IMG/VR virus record: IMGVR_UViG_3300046170_000454
Coordinates: 8,040 to 72,039 of that record
DNA from: a virus
Taxonomy: Duplodnaviria; Caudoviricetes
Length of the DNA stretch: 64,000 nt
Strand: one strand, 5' to 3'
Notes under the pieces: model-generated
The model's database searches: none
What the model was told of the DNA's origin: nothing
Seen by the model: the letters and a program-made list of their open reading frames with translations, nothing else
Shown: piece after piece, positions 22,909-32,827 of the stretch
How positions within the stretch are numbered: position 1 is the stretch's first letter
How the letters are laid out: every line of letters starts with the position of its first letter
Position numbers and translations under genes: made by a program

Positions 22909-23980
22909 ACACTAAATTGTTGTTCAAATAAGCTGTCACACCTGGGCTCGTATAGACTGCTGTAATGTTCACGTTCTCATTAGAGCCGTTCCTTACCACA
23001 ACATCTATAATAAAAGCAGTAGGGTCATTCTCAACAGGTGCGACCTCTACGCTTACGACACTGATCAGTCTTTCTTTGGCACTCATCGTCTGAAACCCTC
23101 CTTGCTGATCTTGTATGTCCCTCAGAGTCTCAAGAGCCCTCTCAACATCCACCTTGATCGCACCTGACACCGCTCCAATAGCTTTCGCGCCTACGCGTGT
23201 GCGCAGGCTAGAGCCGTACCAGCTATGGAAGACATTACTGCCCCTGTCTGTAAGCAAAATCTTTAAGCACCTCTGCTGTAACAGGTTCTCGTTCTCAACC
23301 TTCCTAATATCACCGACCTCATTGTAGCGGTAGTCGTTCTCTACGACGAGCCCCTGACATCTTAAGCACCTAGAGGAGATCATTGAGTAGGTCACCTGCA
23401 CGATTAAGTTAGGGTTGTTTAAAGGCTCTAAGAAATACACCCTTCGCCCGTAAACCTCACCGCTCTCAGGGTTCGTTTTCGCTGAGATTAGAGTCCATGC
23501 AGGATACGTTTGTGTTCCTCTCGACTGAGGCTGAAAAGAAAAGCCAAGCGTCTCAACGGCATCTCCGCTCAGCTTCAGCTTGGAGCCCCTACCGAGAGCC
23601 CTAGACTCGCTAATCGTGACGTAACCGTCGCTTAAGGAAGCTGTGCAGACTCCCTGAGCCTCCAAGGTCACTTTCGTTACAAAGTCCTGAGCTGTGAGCA
23701 GTCCTTTGTTAAAACTCAACGTAACACTAGAAGATTGGCTTGTTACGGTCAGCGTTCGGGCAGAGTTGAAGTAATACGAGCTTCGGGCAGTAGATTTAAG
23801 GCTCGCTGGAGTCTTGAGCCCACTAGGTGGAACGGTCAAGCCGTTAATCTTAATCTTGATTAGACCTGCGTTCGATACGAGTCTCCTCGTTAAGAGAGTC
23901 TTGTTGTCTTCCGCAAGACCGACTCCCTCGTCTACCGCGAGGTGGGGACAGTTATATGCTAGTTGCAAGTCGTAGCTCAT
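22898..23980 (-). CDS. gp25/GpW-like baseplate protein with an N-terminal extension
   Basis: C-terminal LLQQRCLKILLTDRGSNVFHSWYGSSL is the gp25-type signature (ILxTxxG...YGS). First gene of the baseplate operon. Confidence 0.75.
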   Translation of the reverse strand: MSYDLQLAYNCPHLAVDEGVGLAEDNKTLLTRRLVSNAGLIKIKINGLTVPPSGLKTPASLKSTARSSYYFNSARTLTVTSQSSSVTLSFNKGLLTAQDFVTKVTLEAQGVCTASLSDGYVTISESRALGRGSKLKLSGDAVETLGFSFQPQSRGTQTYPAWTLISAKTNPESGEVYGRRVYFLEPLNNPNLIVQVTYSMISSRCLRCQGLVVENDYRYNEVGDIRKVENENLLQQRCLKILLTDRGSNVFHSWYGSSLRTRVGAKAIGAVSGAIKVDVERALETLRDIQDQQGGFQTMSAKERLISVVSVEVAPVENDPTAFIIDVVVRNGSNENVNITAVYTSPGVTAYLNNNLVFGG

Positions 23981-24105
23981 ATCTCTCAGCGCCTTTCTAA
24001 AAACCTGAAGTGTGCTTAACAGCAGGTAAAGAATAAAAGGAAACTGAGCTCCTCGCTTATGTGCCTATATGCTATGGACAAACATAAAAAAGAAAGGAGT
24101 TAACT

Positions 24106-24171
24106 ATGACAGGCATACTATTTATAGGTTTTTTTTCAGTATCTCTTCTTGTCGCTTCAAGATGCGTTTGA
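24106..24171 (+). CDS. Putative 21-aa hydrophobic small protein
   Basis: AAAGGAG RBS 6 nt before the ATG. Translates MTGILFIGFFSVSLLVASRCV*. Too short for the ORF track. Confidence 0.45.
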   Translation: MTGILFIGFFSVSLLVASRCV

Positions 24172-24220
24172 GAATATAGTCCTTATAGACCGCACTCCAT
24201 GAACCCTTGAGGAGGAGAGT

Positions 24221-25663
24221 GTGATGGCTAAAAAATGGCTTACCATTAGAGAAGCAAGTGAGGCTCTAGGTGTTTCCGAAAGCACTGTACGGAAACGCGC
24301 CCGATCCTCTATCATACCGAGAAAGCTGAAATCTAATAACCAAGGCTTTCTCTATCAGGTAGAGGTTAGCGGAGACAGTCAAGAAGAAGAAAAGGTGAGT
24401 GTTGAAGCTCAATCTTTCTTCTCAGACGACACCTTAGACTATTTTTACGACTCGAAGAGAGAAGTTTACATCTTCCACTCGATCCCAGGTCAAAAAGGGT
24501 CAGTGTGCGTTGAGAAGTCAAAGATAGATGCCCTCATTTGGGATTACTCCAATGAAACAGGCGGATTAAGCGTCAATGAGATTTGCCGTAAATACGGACT
24601 CGCTAGACCAACGCTTATCCGTATTCTTAGAGTGCTCGGTAAAACACATGACTCCGCGCCTTTCTCTGATGAAGAGATGACAGCCGCAAATGAAGAAGTG
24701 CTTATAGAGTCTCTTGTTCGAGCAAAAGAGCAACGTGTCCTCGTAAAGGCGGAGCGTATTCGATACCGACAGCTTGTCAAACAAGCTGAGCAGTTTGATC
24801 AGTTTGAGAGGATCATCTTCCCAAGATTAGAGGAGAGGCTCAAAGACCGCCCGTCTACCCGTAGTATTAAAGTAGACCTCTCTAATGTAGAAAAAAGTGA
24901 TCACCTAGTCATCGTAGGGCTCACAGATCTGCACGTCGGTAAGAAAGGTCTTTTCGGGTGGAACCTTGAGCGGGCGAGAGAAGCGGCGGTTAATACTTGC
25001 CTCGCGGCTATGGAGCAGTCTGTCAGCAAGTGGGGCGCTCCTTCGATGTGGATACTCCCCTGCGGGAGCGATATGATCCATATCGACAACTACCAAAACA
25101 CCACTACGCAAGGCACGCCTCAAGACGTAGACGGCGACCCTATTGATATGCTGTCTACTGCGTTTATGGCACTAGAGCAGATCATCGAAGGGCTCAGGAA
25201 AGTTGCTCCTGTAAAAGTCGTAGCGATCCCAGGTAATCACGATAGGGTTTTAGGCTTAAGTGTCGGCTTAATGTTAAAAGCTCGCTATCATGACATTAGC
25301 TCCGTAGAGATTGACATCGCGAAGGACGGTTTTTCTTACACTCGCCACGGTAACTCACTCTTGGGCTTTCACCACGGAGACGGGACAAAAGCGAGCGACC
25401 TACCTTCAGTTATGGCGATAGACCGCGCAGGGGATTGGGGTGAATGTAAAGGCGGTTGGGAATGGTTTACGGGACACTGGCATGGTCATAAGGTTAGAGC
25501 CGATGAGTTTAACGGTTGCCGTGTGTGGACGATGCCTAGTTTAAGCGGGACGGATCGCTGGCACAGACTTAAAGGCTATGTCGGAAATCGTAGGCAAGTA
25601 GCACTCTACAGAGTCGATAAAGAAAATGGTGTCGGCGGTGTAGAGTTCATAATGATTGAATAA
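24221..25663 (+). CDS. HTH-domain plus calcineurin-like metallophosphoesterase
   Basis: N-terminal WLTIREASEALGVSESTVRKR HTH and a second HTH (LSVNEICRKYGLARPTL). C-terminal DLHVG, GSDMIH, PGNHD, HHGD and GHWH metallophosphoesterase motifs. Confidence 0.85.
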   Translation: MMAKKWLTIREASEALGVSESTVRKRARSSIIPRKLKSNNQGFLYQVEVSGDSQEEEKVSVEAQSFFSDDTLDYFYDSKREVYIFHSIPGQKGSVCVEKSKIDALIWDYSNETGGLSVNEICRKYGLARPTLIRILRVLGKTHDSAPFSDEEMTAANEEVLIESLVRAKEQRVLVKAERIRYRQLVKQAEQFDQFERIIFPRLEERLKDRPSTRSIKVDLSNVEKSDHLVIVGLTDLHVGKKGLFGWNLERAREAAVNTCLAAMEQSVSKWGAPSMWILPCGSDMIHIDNYQNTTTQGTPQDVDGDPIDMLSTAFMALEQIIEGLRKVAPVKVVAIPGNHDRVLGLSVGLMLKARYHDISSVEIDIAKDGFSYTRHGNSLLGFHHGDGTKASDLPSVMAIDRAGDWGECKGGWEWFTGHWHGHKVRADEFNGCRVWTMPSLSGTDRWHRLKGYVGNRRQVALYRVDKENGVGGVEFIMIE

Positions 25664-25707
25664 TGTATCTGATATATAAACACGTCTAACCTTAAGGAGA
25701 CTCTCTC

Positions 25708-26469
25708 ATGGCTAATCTAGACTTAAAAGGCGAAAACGGAGCGCAAGGTAGCTCGTACCTGTACAAATACGGTACTACGCCTAACACACGCACCGTTGTT
25801 TCGCAAAAACTACGCGTGCTCACCCCTGCTTATGGGCAAAATCGAAGAAACCAAGTAGGTGTACTCGCCTCTATCAGTTTCTCTAACTCGCGTTCTGTAG
25901 AGCCCGTGAGAGGTATCGGCTTTGGGGATCAGGTCGCAGAGCTTGTTCCTTCAGTCACCGAGCCTCCCACAGCTTCGCTTAGTCGTACTATGCTCTATCT
26001 GAGTAATATTTGGCAGGCGATGGGCTATGCGGCAGGCGTGGACGGCCCTGTAAGAAGCCTCGCGCACCATCGTTGGCCTTTTGATATTGAGCAACAGCTT
26101 GTCTTCTCTACTCTCGTAGACTACGACTTAGACGTTGCAAATGTAGGTCTAAATGGAAGTGGGGCGCAGAACGGCATTGATCAAATTAAGTTCAATGACG
26201 GTGGCGTAGGCCCAAAACCTCAGACTATCGGAGGTGAGCACGCGGATAACGCAGGTCACTCCGCTATGATCACTTTCTTTGAGGCTTGTTGGCTCACCTC
26301 GTACAGCAACAGCTTTGAGAAAGATACTGGCATTGTTATGGAAGAGTCTGAGGCGATGATCTCAGATGTCCATGACGGACAGAGTGTCTACGGCGAGTTT
26401 ATGGCTACGGGTAACGATCCTTCGATTGGTCAAGTAGGTTCAGAGAGGTATTCAAACATCACAATCTGA
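25708..26469 (+). CDS. Putative tail tube protein
   Basis: SRSVEPVRGIGFGDQVAELVP...SLSRTMLY...FEACWLTSYS resembles jumbo-myophage tube proteins. AAGGAG RBS. Followed by a terminator-like IR, chaperone-like genes and a tape measure gene. Confidence 0.65.
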   Translation: MANLDLKGENGAQGSSYLYKYGTTPNTRTVVSQKLRVLTPAYGQNRRNQVGVLASISFSNSRSVEPVRGIGFGDQVAELVPSVTEPPTASLSRTMLYLSNIWQAMGYAAGVDGPVRSLAHHRWPFDIEQQLVFSTLVDYDLDVANVGLNGSGAQNGIDQIKFNDGGVGPKPQTIGGEHADNAGHSAMITFFEACWLTSYSNSFEKDTGIVMEESEAMISDVHDGQSVYGEFMATGNDPSIGQVGSERYSNITI

Positions 26470-26485
26470 TCCTAAATAGCTTCTT

Positions 26486-26537
26486 GAAAAGCCTGTGGGT
26501 ATAAGCTAGTCTAAGCCAACAATCCCACAGGCTTTTC
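26486..26537 (+). terminator. Inverted repeat with T-tract, probable intrinsic terminator or attenuator after the tube gene
   Basis: GAAAAGCCTGTGGG (26486-26499) and CCCACAGGCTTTTC (26524-26537): perfect 14-bp arms with a 24-nt spacer. Confidence 0.55.
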
Positions 26538-26548
26538 TTGAGGTAAAT

Positions 26549-27535
26549 ATGGTCAATTTAAAGGATTTGAAGTCGGCGCTCTCTAAGGTTGCTGACTTAG
26601 GTAATCAAGAGCGATCTTTCGAGGTTAACGGCACTAAGATCACCTTAAGGGTTTTAAGACCTAATGAGGAGATTGAAGTCCAAAAGAAAGCTATGGAAGC
26701 TCTCTCAGAAGACGGCGAGACTAACCAAGTCACTGCCGCTGATTACTTGCAACGCTTCCGTATAGCTACACTCTCGTATGCTATCGTCGCTATTGATAGC
26801 CTCGATCTCCGTAATGTTAAGCACATCGAGACAGGGGAAACTCTAGCTAATGGTGTCTCAATCAAAATCCCTAAACACGAAGCCTTAGAGAGCTTAGTCT
26901 CCGACTGGGGGCGCGATATGCTCTCATCCGTATTTAAGAAGTTTGGTGAGCTAACAGAGTTTGTTGAAGCTCAAGTCGAAGAGAGTATCGTTTATGAGCC
27001 CGAAGTCCTTGATAAAGAAATTGAGCGACTTGAAGAGCGCCTAAAAGAGCTTAAGGCAAAACGCGGAGACGGGGAAGAAGACACCTCGTTCTCTAAATCT
27101 CTCGATATGGCAAACAGTGAAGAAGCCGAGAAGGTAGACATCACCCCTGAAAACGTGCTCGCAGAGAAAGGACTCCCCATAAAAAGAGAGTCTGCTATCC
27201 CTAATGTAGCACCTCCTCCTCCTAAGATGGAAGAGTCTCCCGCGCCCACGCCCGCACGCGCAAGCGATGGGAGCTACCACCCTAACCTTGATGAAGAGTA
27301 TCAGCGAGAAGTAAACGAAGAAAACCTCCGTCTACTTAAAGAGCGCCAAGAGCAGGAAGCCCAGCAACCACCTCCTCCTGCAAAGCCTGAGTCCATCGGT
27401 GGTGTGGAAGTCTACCGTATGCCTACACAGACGCTTGATAACCGCGCCTCTAGCGCCGATAAGTCGAAGCCTAACGCTACCCTTAACCCTAATCATTCAG
27501 CGCCGTCTAATCCCAACTTTAAGATGAACGACTAA
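26549..27535 (+). CDS. Putative tail assembly chaperone
   Basis: FEVNGTKITLRVLRPNEE motif, coiled coil and Pro-rich tail. Lies between the tube and tape measure genes. Confidence 0.55.
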   Translation: MVNLKDLKSALSKVADLGNQERSFEVNGTKITLRVLRPNEEIEVQKKAMEALSEDGETNQVTAADYLQRFRIATLSYAIVAIDSLDLRNVKHIETGETLANGVSIKIPKHEALESLVSDWGRDMLSSVFKKFGELTEFVEAQVEESIVYEPEVLDKEIERLEERLKELKAKRGDGEEDTSFSKSLDMANSEEAEKVDITPENVLAEKGLPIKRESAIPNVAPPPPKMEESPAPTPARASDGSYHPNLDEEYQREVNEENLRLLKERQEQEAQQPPPPAKPESIGGVEVYRMPTQTLDNRASSADKSKPNATLNPNHSAPSNPNFKMND

Positions 27536-28729
27536 TGATCATAGAGCCCTCTACCTCAAAACAACGTGAGGCGATCTACGAAGATATCATCCCCATGATC
27601 GAGAGAGGGTTCCTCACTAAGAAAGTCCTAGTTAACGGGGTACAGATTTCCCTCCGTACCCTTAACGACTCTGACTTGTTTCTCATACAAGAGCGTTACA
27701 GCCCAAGTGCCTCAAACTGGTATCTGTGGGCTATCGCGCATAGCGTGTGGTTATTTGACGGACAATACCTGCTAGAGGACAGCGTGTCTCACTCTTATGA
27801 GATATACAAGACTCTACAGGATATGCCCCAACCGTTTATATACAAAATATATCACGCACTGTTAGAGCTTTTCTCCAAGCAAAACGAATGCTTTGTTTAC
27901 ATCGAGAGCTTTCTTTACGAGACGATCTCTCGCAAGATGTGGAGTGATATCGGTAAAGGCTACCCTAATCTTAGTCATGTGACAGGACTGCCCTGGCACT
28001 GAAAAGATGAGCCTTAACCTAATACAAGAGGTGTGGCTGTCTTATAATCAACATGAAGACAGCAGGGTTCAGTACATGGGCGAGTGGGAGTTGACTAAGG
28101 CGGTTATGTCGTCTCAAAACCCTAAAGCGGTTCAAAAGATTACAGACGCTGATAAGAAGAAACTTAGCGAGGATGAAGCTAACCATCAAAGGACGCATGA
28201 TATCGCTTACTACCGCTTTATAGGGGAGACGGATAAGTCAGACTTCCTCAAGGGCGGTGGTGTTGGTAATGTCTTAGAGGTCAACGGGGAGAAGATATTC
28301 CAACCTAAGTCTGCTGACGAGTTAGCAGAAGAGTTTAGGCGCTGGGTTACAGGCGAGGAGGACTTACACGATAAGGTTGTCCGTAACTTCAAGGAAGAGA
28401 TTAAGAGCAACGCGGATAAGGAGTTTGCCCGTAGGCATCAAGAAATGCTCAAGGCTCAGGAAGAGGCTAGCCTCGCAGAAGAGGAGCAAAGCTACGCGAC
28501 GAAGCTGGAAGCGGTTGACCCCTCTAAGATTAAGAAGACCTCTAAAGTGCATAGGATATCTGCACCTAAAACGGTCAATCCTGTCTACGACCGTTGGTTC
28601 AACGCAGGGTATGAGCCACCTAAAGAGTTTAAGAGCCTATATGAAGAAGGTAGTGAGCCCTCTTCAAACGTCTCTCAAGATTTAATGGGCTTGTCAGAGA
28701 GGCGGGTTATCTTAGACGACAATGATTAG
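27535..28729 (+). CDS. Putative second tail assembly chaperone (~397 aa), split by a single-base insertion at 27991-27996
   Basis: VLVNGVQISLRTL motif is similar to the upstream gene. Removing one C gives ...TGLPGTEKMSLNL..., joining 27535-28002 and 28007-28729. Confidence 0.55.
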
Positions 28730-28740
28730 GGGATATCCTT

Positions 28741-31700
28741 ATGGCAAATCGAGTGCTTGAAGCAGGGGACACATTTAGCGAAGAAGGCCACGCCAAAAAT
28801 AGCGCCATGTTTAAGCGCCAAATGGAGTCAGACTATAAGTTTTACGTCTCCGCTTTAAAGAAAATGAGTCGTACTGACAGTGACTTCGCCAAAAAGCACG
28901 ATCTTGTCATGAAAAAGTTTACGGACTCTTTTAGGGATTCTTTTGAGAAGGCAGGGAAAAACTTAAGAGAGTTTGCGGAATACCAAAGCAGGATGATGAA
29001 AGAGCTCAGCGCGGCTCATTCAAAAGTAGACCTTAAAGGCGGGTATGTGTCCTCCTTAGAAATGGCTATGGAGAAGGCGAGAGACTTACACAGAGGAGAG
29101 ATAGAAGAGGTAGATCGAAGCTATCATTTAAAGATGGCACTAGCAGAAAAACACAGAACCGAATACTACAAGCATTTATCCTCCTTAGAAGCTCTAAGAA
29201 CAAAATCTAACCGCAAGATGACTCAAGAAGAGAGATATGCGCATCAAGGTGCGTTATATGACGAAGAAGCGAAAGCTGAGCATCAACGTCGTCTCATGGA
29301 AGAGATTACCGAAGAGGCTAGGCAAGAGGTTGATGACCGCTTAAAGATATACAAGAAAGAAACTGAAGCTGTTGCGGAGCTCAATAAGCAGTTTAATCAA
29401 AGAGGCGGTAAAAACCCCCTCGCAGATGCCTCTGAAAACATAGCCACTGCCACTGATATGATGACGGGAGGTTTAGGGGACTTCCTATCTAAGCTCAAAA
29501 GCCGTGACCTAAAAGGTATAGGGGAGAGCTTGGGTAAAGCTGGAGACTTCGGCAGAACATTAGAAGGTAGAGCTACTCAAAAGGGTGCAGGAGCGGGTGC
29601 TAAGGCTTTCGGCATGATAGGTAAGTTGCTCAAGTCTTTCGGCCCTGCCTTAAGAATACTCGGAGCACTCGCTAAAGGTTTCGCTAATGTTGTCTCTTTC
29701 CTTATAGATGTCGAGTCAGCAGGGAAGCAACTCAACAAGGCTTTCTTAGACTCAGCGAGTGGTGCTGATGCTCTCGTTAATACTATAGGAGATGAGTCTG
29801 TAAGCCTTAATACTAGCCTCCGTGACATTAGAGAGGGCGTTAATGACCTCTACCTTAGCCAAGGCTTAGGGGTTACCGCAGAGGCGGCTATGGGTATGGT
29901 AGCAGAGTTCCAGGCGGCAGGTATTACCCTTAAAGAAATGAAAGGGGCGATGACTGACGCTAAAGACTCAGAAGCGGCTTACGTTAAAGTTATCCAACAC
30001 ATGACCGCCCAGCAACGTATATTAGGTGCTTCTGTAGAAGACGTTGCTTCTATTACAGAGCGTTATGGTTACAGCCTCGAAGACATTGCTGTAAGATTTG
30101 CCGCGATTACCGATCAGGCTATGCAAAGCGGTTTTGGAGTTAAGCGCTTCTACTCTATGGTCTTACAGGCTACCACGGGTATGGGTGTCTATAACACTCG
30201 CATTGAGGAAGCGGCTTTCTTTGCGACAAGATTAGGGAAGATATTAGGGGCGCGTGGTCTTGAAGAGAGTGGCTTGCTTAAGAAGCTGGCTCAGGGCTTC
30301 AAGGGTCAGGGAGTTAAGGAAAACTACAAAGCGATGATGATGATGGGAGATAAAGCTCGTAAAGAAATCTTCTCTCAAGAGTATGGGGCGAGGGTCGGTA
30401 ATGTTAGTCGCTCTAAGGATCAAGGCAAACTTTTAGCAGAAGCATTTAAAACCGCAGGTTTAGGTGAAGTTAACACCTCTAACAAAGAGGCTCTATCAAA
30501 AGCCCTTAAGAGCGTAAGCGTCGAAGAACGCTCTAGACTCTTAGCCGCGATCCGTCAACAAGACGGGGGGAGCGACATGGCTGTCGGTTTAGCTAAGGAG
30601 ATCGGTCAAATCTTACAGCTTCATGTAGGTACGCAAGGTAAATCAGGAGGTGCGGTTTCTGCGGGTGCTCTTGGTATGACAGGCTTCCTTAAAGCACAGC
30701 AAGCGATGATGAAAAGGTTTGGCCTAAAGGATGTAAGACAGCTCAACACAGACAGCCAAGCATCTATCGTGTACCGATCTTTCTTAGAAGAGCAGATGGG
30801 ATATAGCGGAGAACAGACAGATGCCTTTATCGTGGCTATTGACGGCTTAAGGGGGGACTTCGACTTGTTAAAGAGAGAGGGTTCCGCGAAAACCAATGAA
30901 GAAGCTGTCGCTCAGATACGAAAGTACGGTGCATACATAAACAAGCAAGGAGAGCTAATCTCGGCTCAAGTAAATAATAGCGGTACGATTGTAAAAAACT
31001 CTGAAAAGAACTTAGGTAAAGCCAACTTCGATGCCTTCATGCGTCTTAATGAAGGAGTTTTAGAAAAGGCTACTCAAGAAAAAGACAGAAATATACAACT
31101 GTCTGAGCAGATCGCTAATAATACGGTAGATATAGCCAAGCGTATTGAGATGGGGGTCACATATTTCTTACAGGGGATATACAACACCCTTGACGCAATT
31201 TTGAATTTCTTCGTTGGAGGTAACTTAGAAGAGACAGGGAAAAGAAACGCTCAAACTATGTACAAGAACTACGATAAGAACATCGAGAAAATAGAAAATT
31301 TACTAGAAGCAAATAGCGCAGAGCGACAAAAAATAAGAGGGAATAGTACCTTGAGCTCTGAACAAAAGACAAAAGCTCTTGAAGGTTTGGAGGCAGAGGG
31401 AAAAATACTGACAGAAGGGCTCGCTAAAACTAAAAGCGGAAAAGAAAGCCTTAGGCAGAGGATCGCAAATAAAGATGAAAGCACGATTGATGACCTAAAC
31501 AGTGCAAACAGTGAACAGGTTAAGATCATGCAAGAAGCTGAAAAAGGTAACTCGAAAAGGTTTGTTTCTCAGTTTAAAGTGACTAAAGAACAAGCCTCCC
31601 TTGCTAAGGAGTCTGTAGCGAAACAGAGCGATATCTATAAAGAATTAAAAGAAAGTAATGAGAAAGCGATCATTGACGAAGCCTTCGAGAGACTAGTAAG

Positions 31701-32163
31701 AGGTGGCATGAGCGGAGAAGACGCTCTTAAGACCCTTAAGAGGGTACAGGAAAATGATGAATACAAAGAAAATGATAAATCATACCTTAACTTCTACAAA
31801 ACTTTAGCGAGAGTTGCACCTAATGTTAAAGACAAGTACCTAGAAGGATTGAGAGGTAAGCCACTAACCCCAGCAGTAGAAGTACCAGCAGAAGACTTTC
31901 TTTACCAAGGTGACGGCTATGGTAACGGTGTCGTTACTCCGATTAACTCTTTTGACCGCGCTATGGGTGTCATGTACGGTAAACCTAATGGTGTGCTCGA
32001 TAGGGCAGGTCGCTTCGGCGGGGCGGGCGGTGGAGGTGGAAACTCTAATGTTATAATAAATATTATGGGTGACCCTGTTACGGTCACTCGTACCGTAAGA
32101 AAAGTCCTCAGAGCAGAACGCGCTAGGGGCTATGGAGGCTCAGGTCGAACCTCTTCAATCTAA
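28741..32163 (+). CDS. Putative tail tape measure protein
   Basis: 1140 aa, helical A/K/E/G-rich composition with a hydrophobic Gly-rich segment. Canonical position after the chaperones. Confidence 0.7.
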   Translation: MANRVLEAGDTFSEEGHAKNSAMFKRQMESDYKFYVSALKKMSRTDSDFAKKHDLVMKKFTDSFRDSFEKAGKNLREFAEYQSRMMKELSAAHSKVDLKGGYVSSLEMAMEKARDLHRGEIEEVDRSYHLKMALAEKHRTEYYKHLSSLEALRTKSNRKMTQEERYAHQGALYDEEAKAEHQRRLMEEITEEARQEVDDRLKIYKKETEAVAELNKQFNQRGGKNPLADASENIATATDMMTGGLGDFLSKLKSRDLKGIGESLGKAGDFGRTLEGRATQKGAGAGAKAFGMIGKLLKSFGPALRILGALAKGFANVVSFLIDVESAGKQLNKAFLDSASGADALVNTIGDESVSLNTSLRDIREGVNDLYLSQGLGVTAEAAMGMVAEFQAAGITLKEMKGAMTDAKDSEAAYVKVIQHMTAQQRILGASVEDVASITERYGYSLEDIAVRFAAITDQAMQSGFGVKRFYSMVLQATTGMGVYNTRIEEAAFFATRLGKILGARGLEESGLLKKLAQGFKGQGVKENYKAMMMMGDKARKEIFSQEYGARVGNVSRSKDQGKLLAEAFKTAGLGEVNTSNKEALSKALKSVSVEERSRLLAAIRQQDGGSDMAVGLAKEIGQILQLHVGTQGKSGGAVSAGALGMTGFLKAQQAMMKRFGLKDVRQLNTDSQASIVYRSFLEEQMGYSGEQTDAFIVAIDGLRGDFDLLKREGSAKTNEEAVAQIRKYGAYINKQGELISAQVNNSGTIVKNSEKNLGKANFDAFMRLNEGVLEKATQEKDRNIQLSEQIANNTVDIAKRIEMGVTYFLQGIYNTLDAILNFFVGGNLEETGKRNAQTMYKNYDKNIEKIENLLEANSAERQKIRGNSTLSSEQKTKALEGLEAEGKILTEGLAKTKSGKESLRQRIANKDESTIDDLNSANSEQVKIMQEAEKGNSKRFVSQFKVTKEQASLAKESVAKQSDIYKELKESNEKAIIDEAFERLVRGGMSGEDALKTLKRVQENDEYKENDKSYLNFYKTLARVAPNVKDKYLEGLRGKPLTPAVEVPAEDFLYQGDGYGNGVVTPINSFDRAMGVMYGKPNGVLDRAGRFGGAGGGGGNSNVIINIMGDPVTVTRTVRKVLRAERARGYGGSGRTSSI

Positions 32164-32185
32164 TCTTAATCAGAGGGAGTAATCT

Positions 32186-32827
32186 ATGGCTGAGTCTTAC
32201 GCAATCAAGAGTGCTTTTAATAGTCCCGCTGATCAATACTCAGGTAGAGGCATACGCCCCGTTATCTTTGATCTTATCTCACCTGACGGCTTGACGAGCT
32301 TATTGCCTGATAATCTTAAGCTCGTCCTCCACGTTAACCCTAGTAGCCTCAGCATTAGCTACACAAGACAATCAGAAGCAATACAAACCCTTGGAGGCTT
32401 CATAGAACAACACTGGGGCAACCAGCCTGCCTCAATAGACATACAAGGCTCTACAGGAGGCTTTATGAGAGCCTACACGGGGATCACTTCTGTTACAGGA
32501 TTAGGGCCTAGCAACGCAAGGCTTCCCAATTCTATAAAAGGGATTGATTTAGGGGGCTCAAGAAGAGACACCATCGCCTACGACAAGTTTTTAGACCTCT
32601 TAGCACTGTTCCATAACAACGGAGCGATCTACTCTAAGAATGGTCAAATCGCTTTTCAAGGGTATGTCAAGCTGTCATTTGACGGGTCTGACTATTACGG
32701 CTGGTTTGAAAACTTTAGCGTTACCGAGAGCGCGGATAAACCTTACAGCTTCGAGTACAGCATGTCTTTTCAAGTCTACAGAGAAGAGCACAGACGCACG
32801 CTTAATGTAGGGGAGCAAGGTCGATGA
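32186..32827 (+). CDS. Putative tail-tube initiator / baseplate protein
   Basis: LHVNPSSLSISY...QTLGGFIEQHWG...YYGWFENFSVTESADKPYSFEYSMSF resembles tube-initiator (gp48/54-like) proteins that follow tape measure genes. Confidence 0.6.
   Translation: MAESYAIKSAFNSPADQYSGRGIRPVIFDLISPDGLTSLLPDNLKLVLHVNPSSLSISYTRQSEAIQTLGGFIEQHWGNQPASIDIQGSTGGFMRAYTGITSVTGLGPSNARLPNSIKGIDLGGSRRDTIAYDKFLDLLALFHNNGAIYSKNGQIAFQGYVKLSFDGSDYYGWFENFSVTESADKPYSFEYSMSFQVYREEHRRTLNVGEQGR

Noticed and set aside
27991-28007. Programmed tail-chaperone (G/GT-type) frameshift
   Set aside because: The position is suggestive, but the shift is +1 at the same CCCTGG motif as five unrelated genes, with no X XXY YYZ slippery site.
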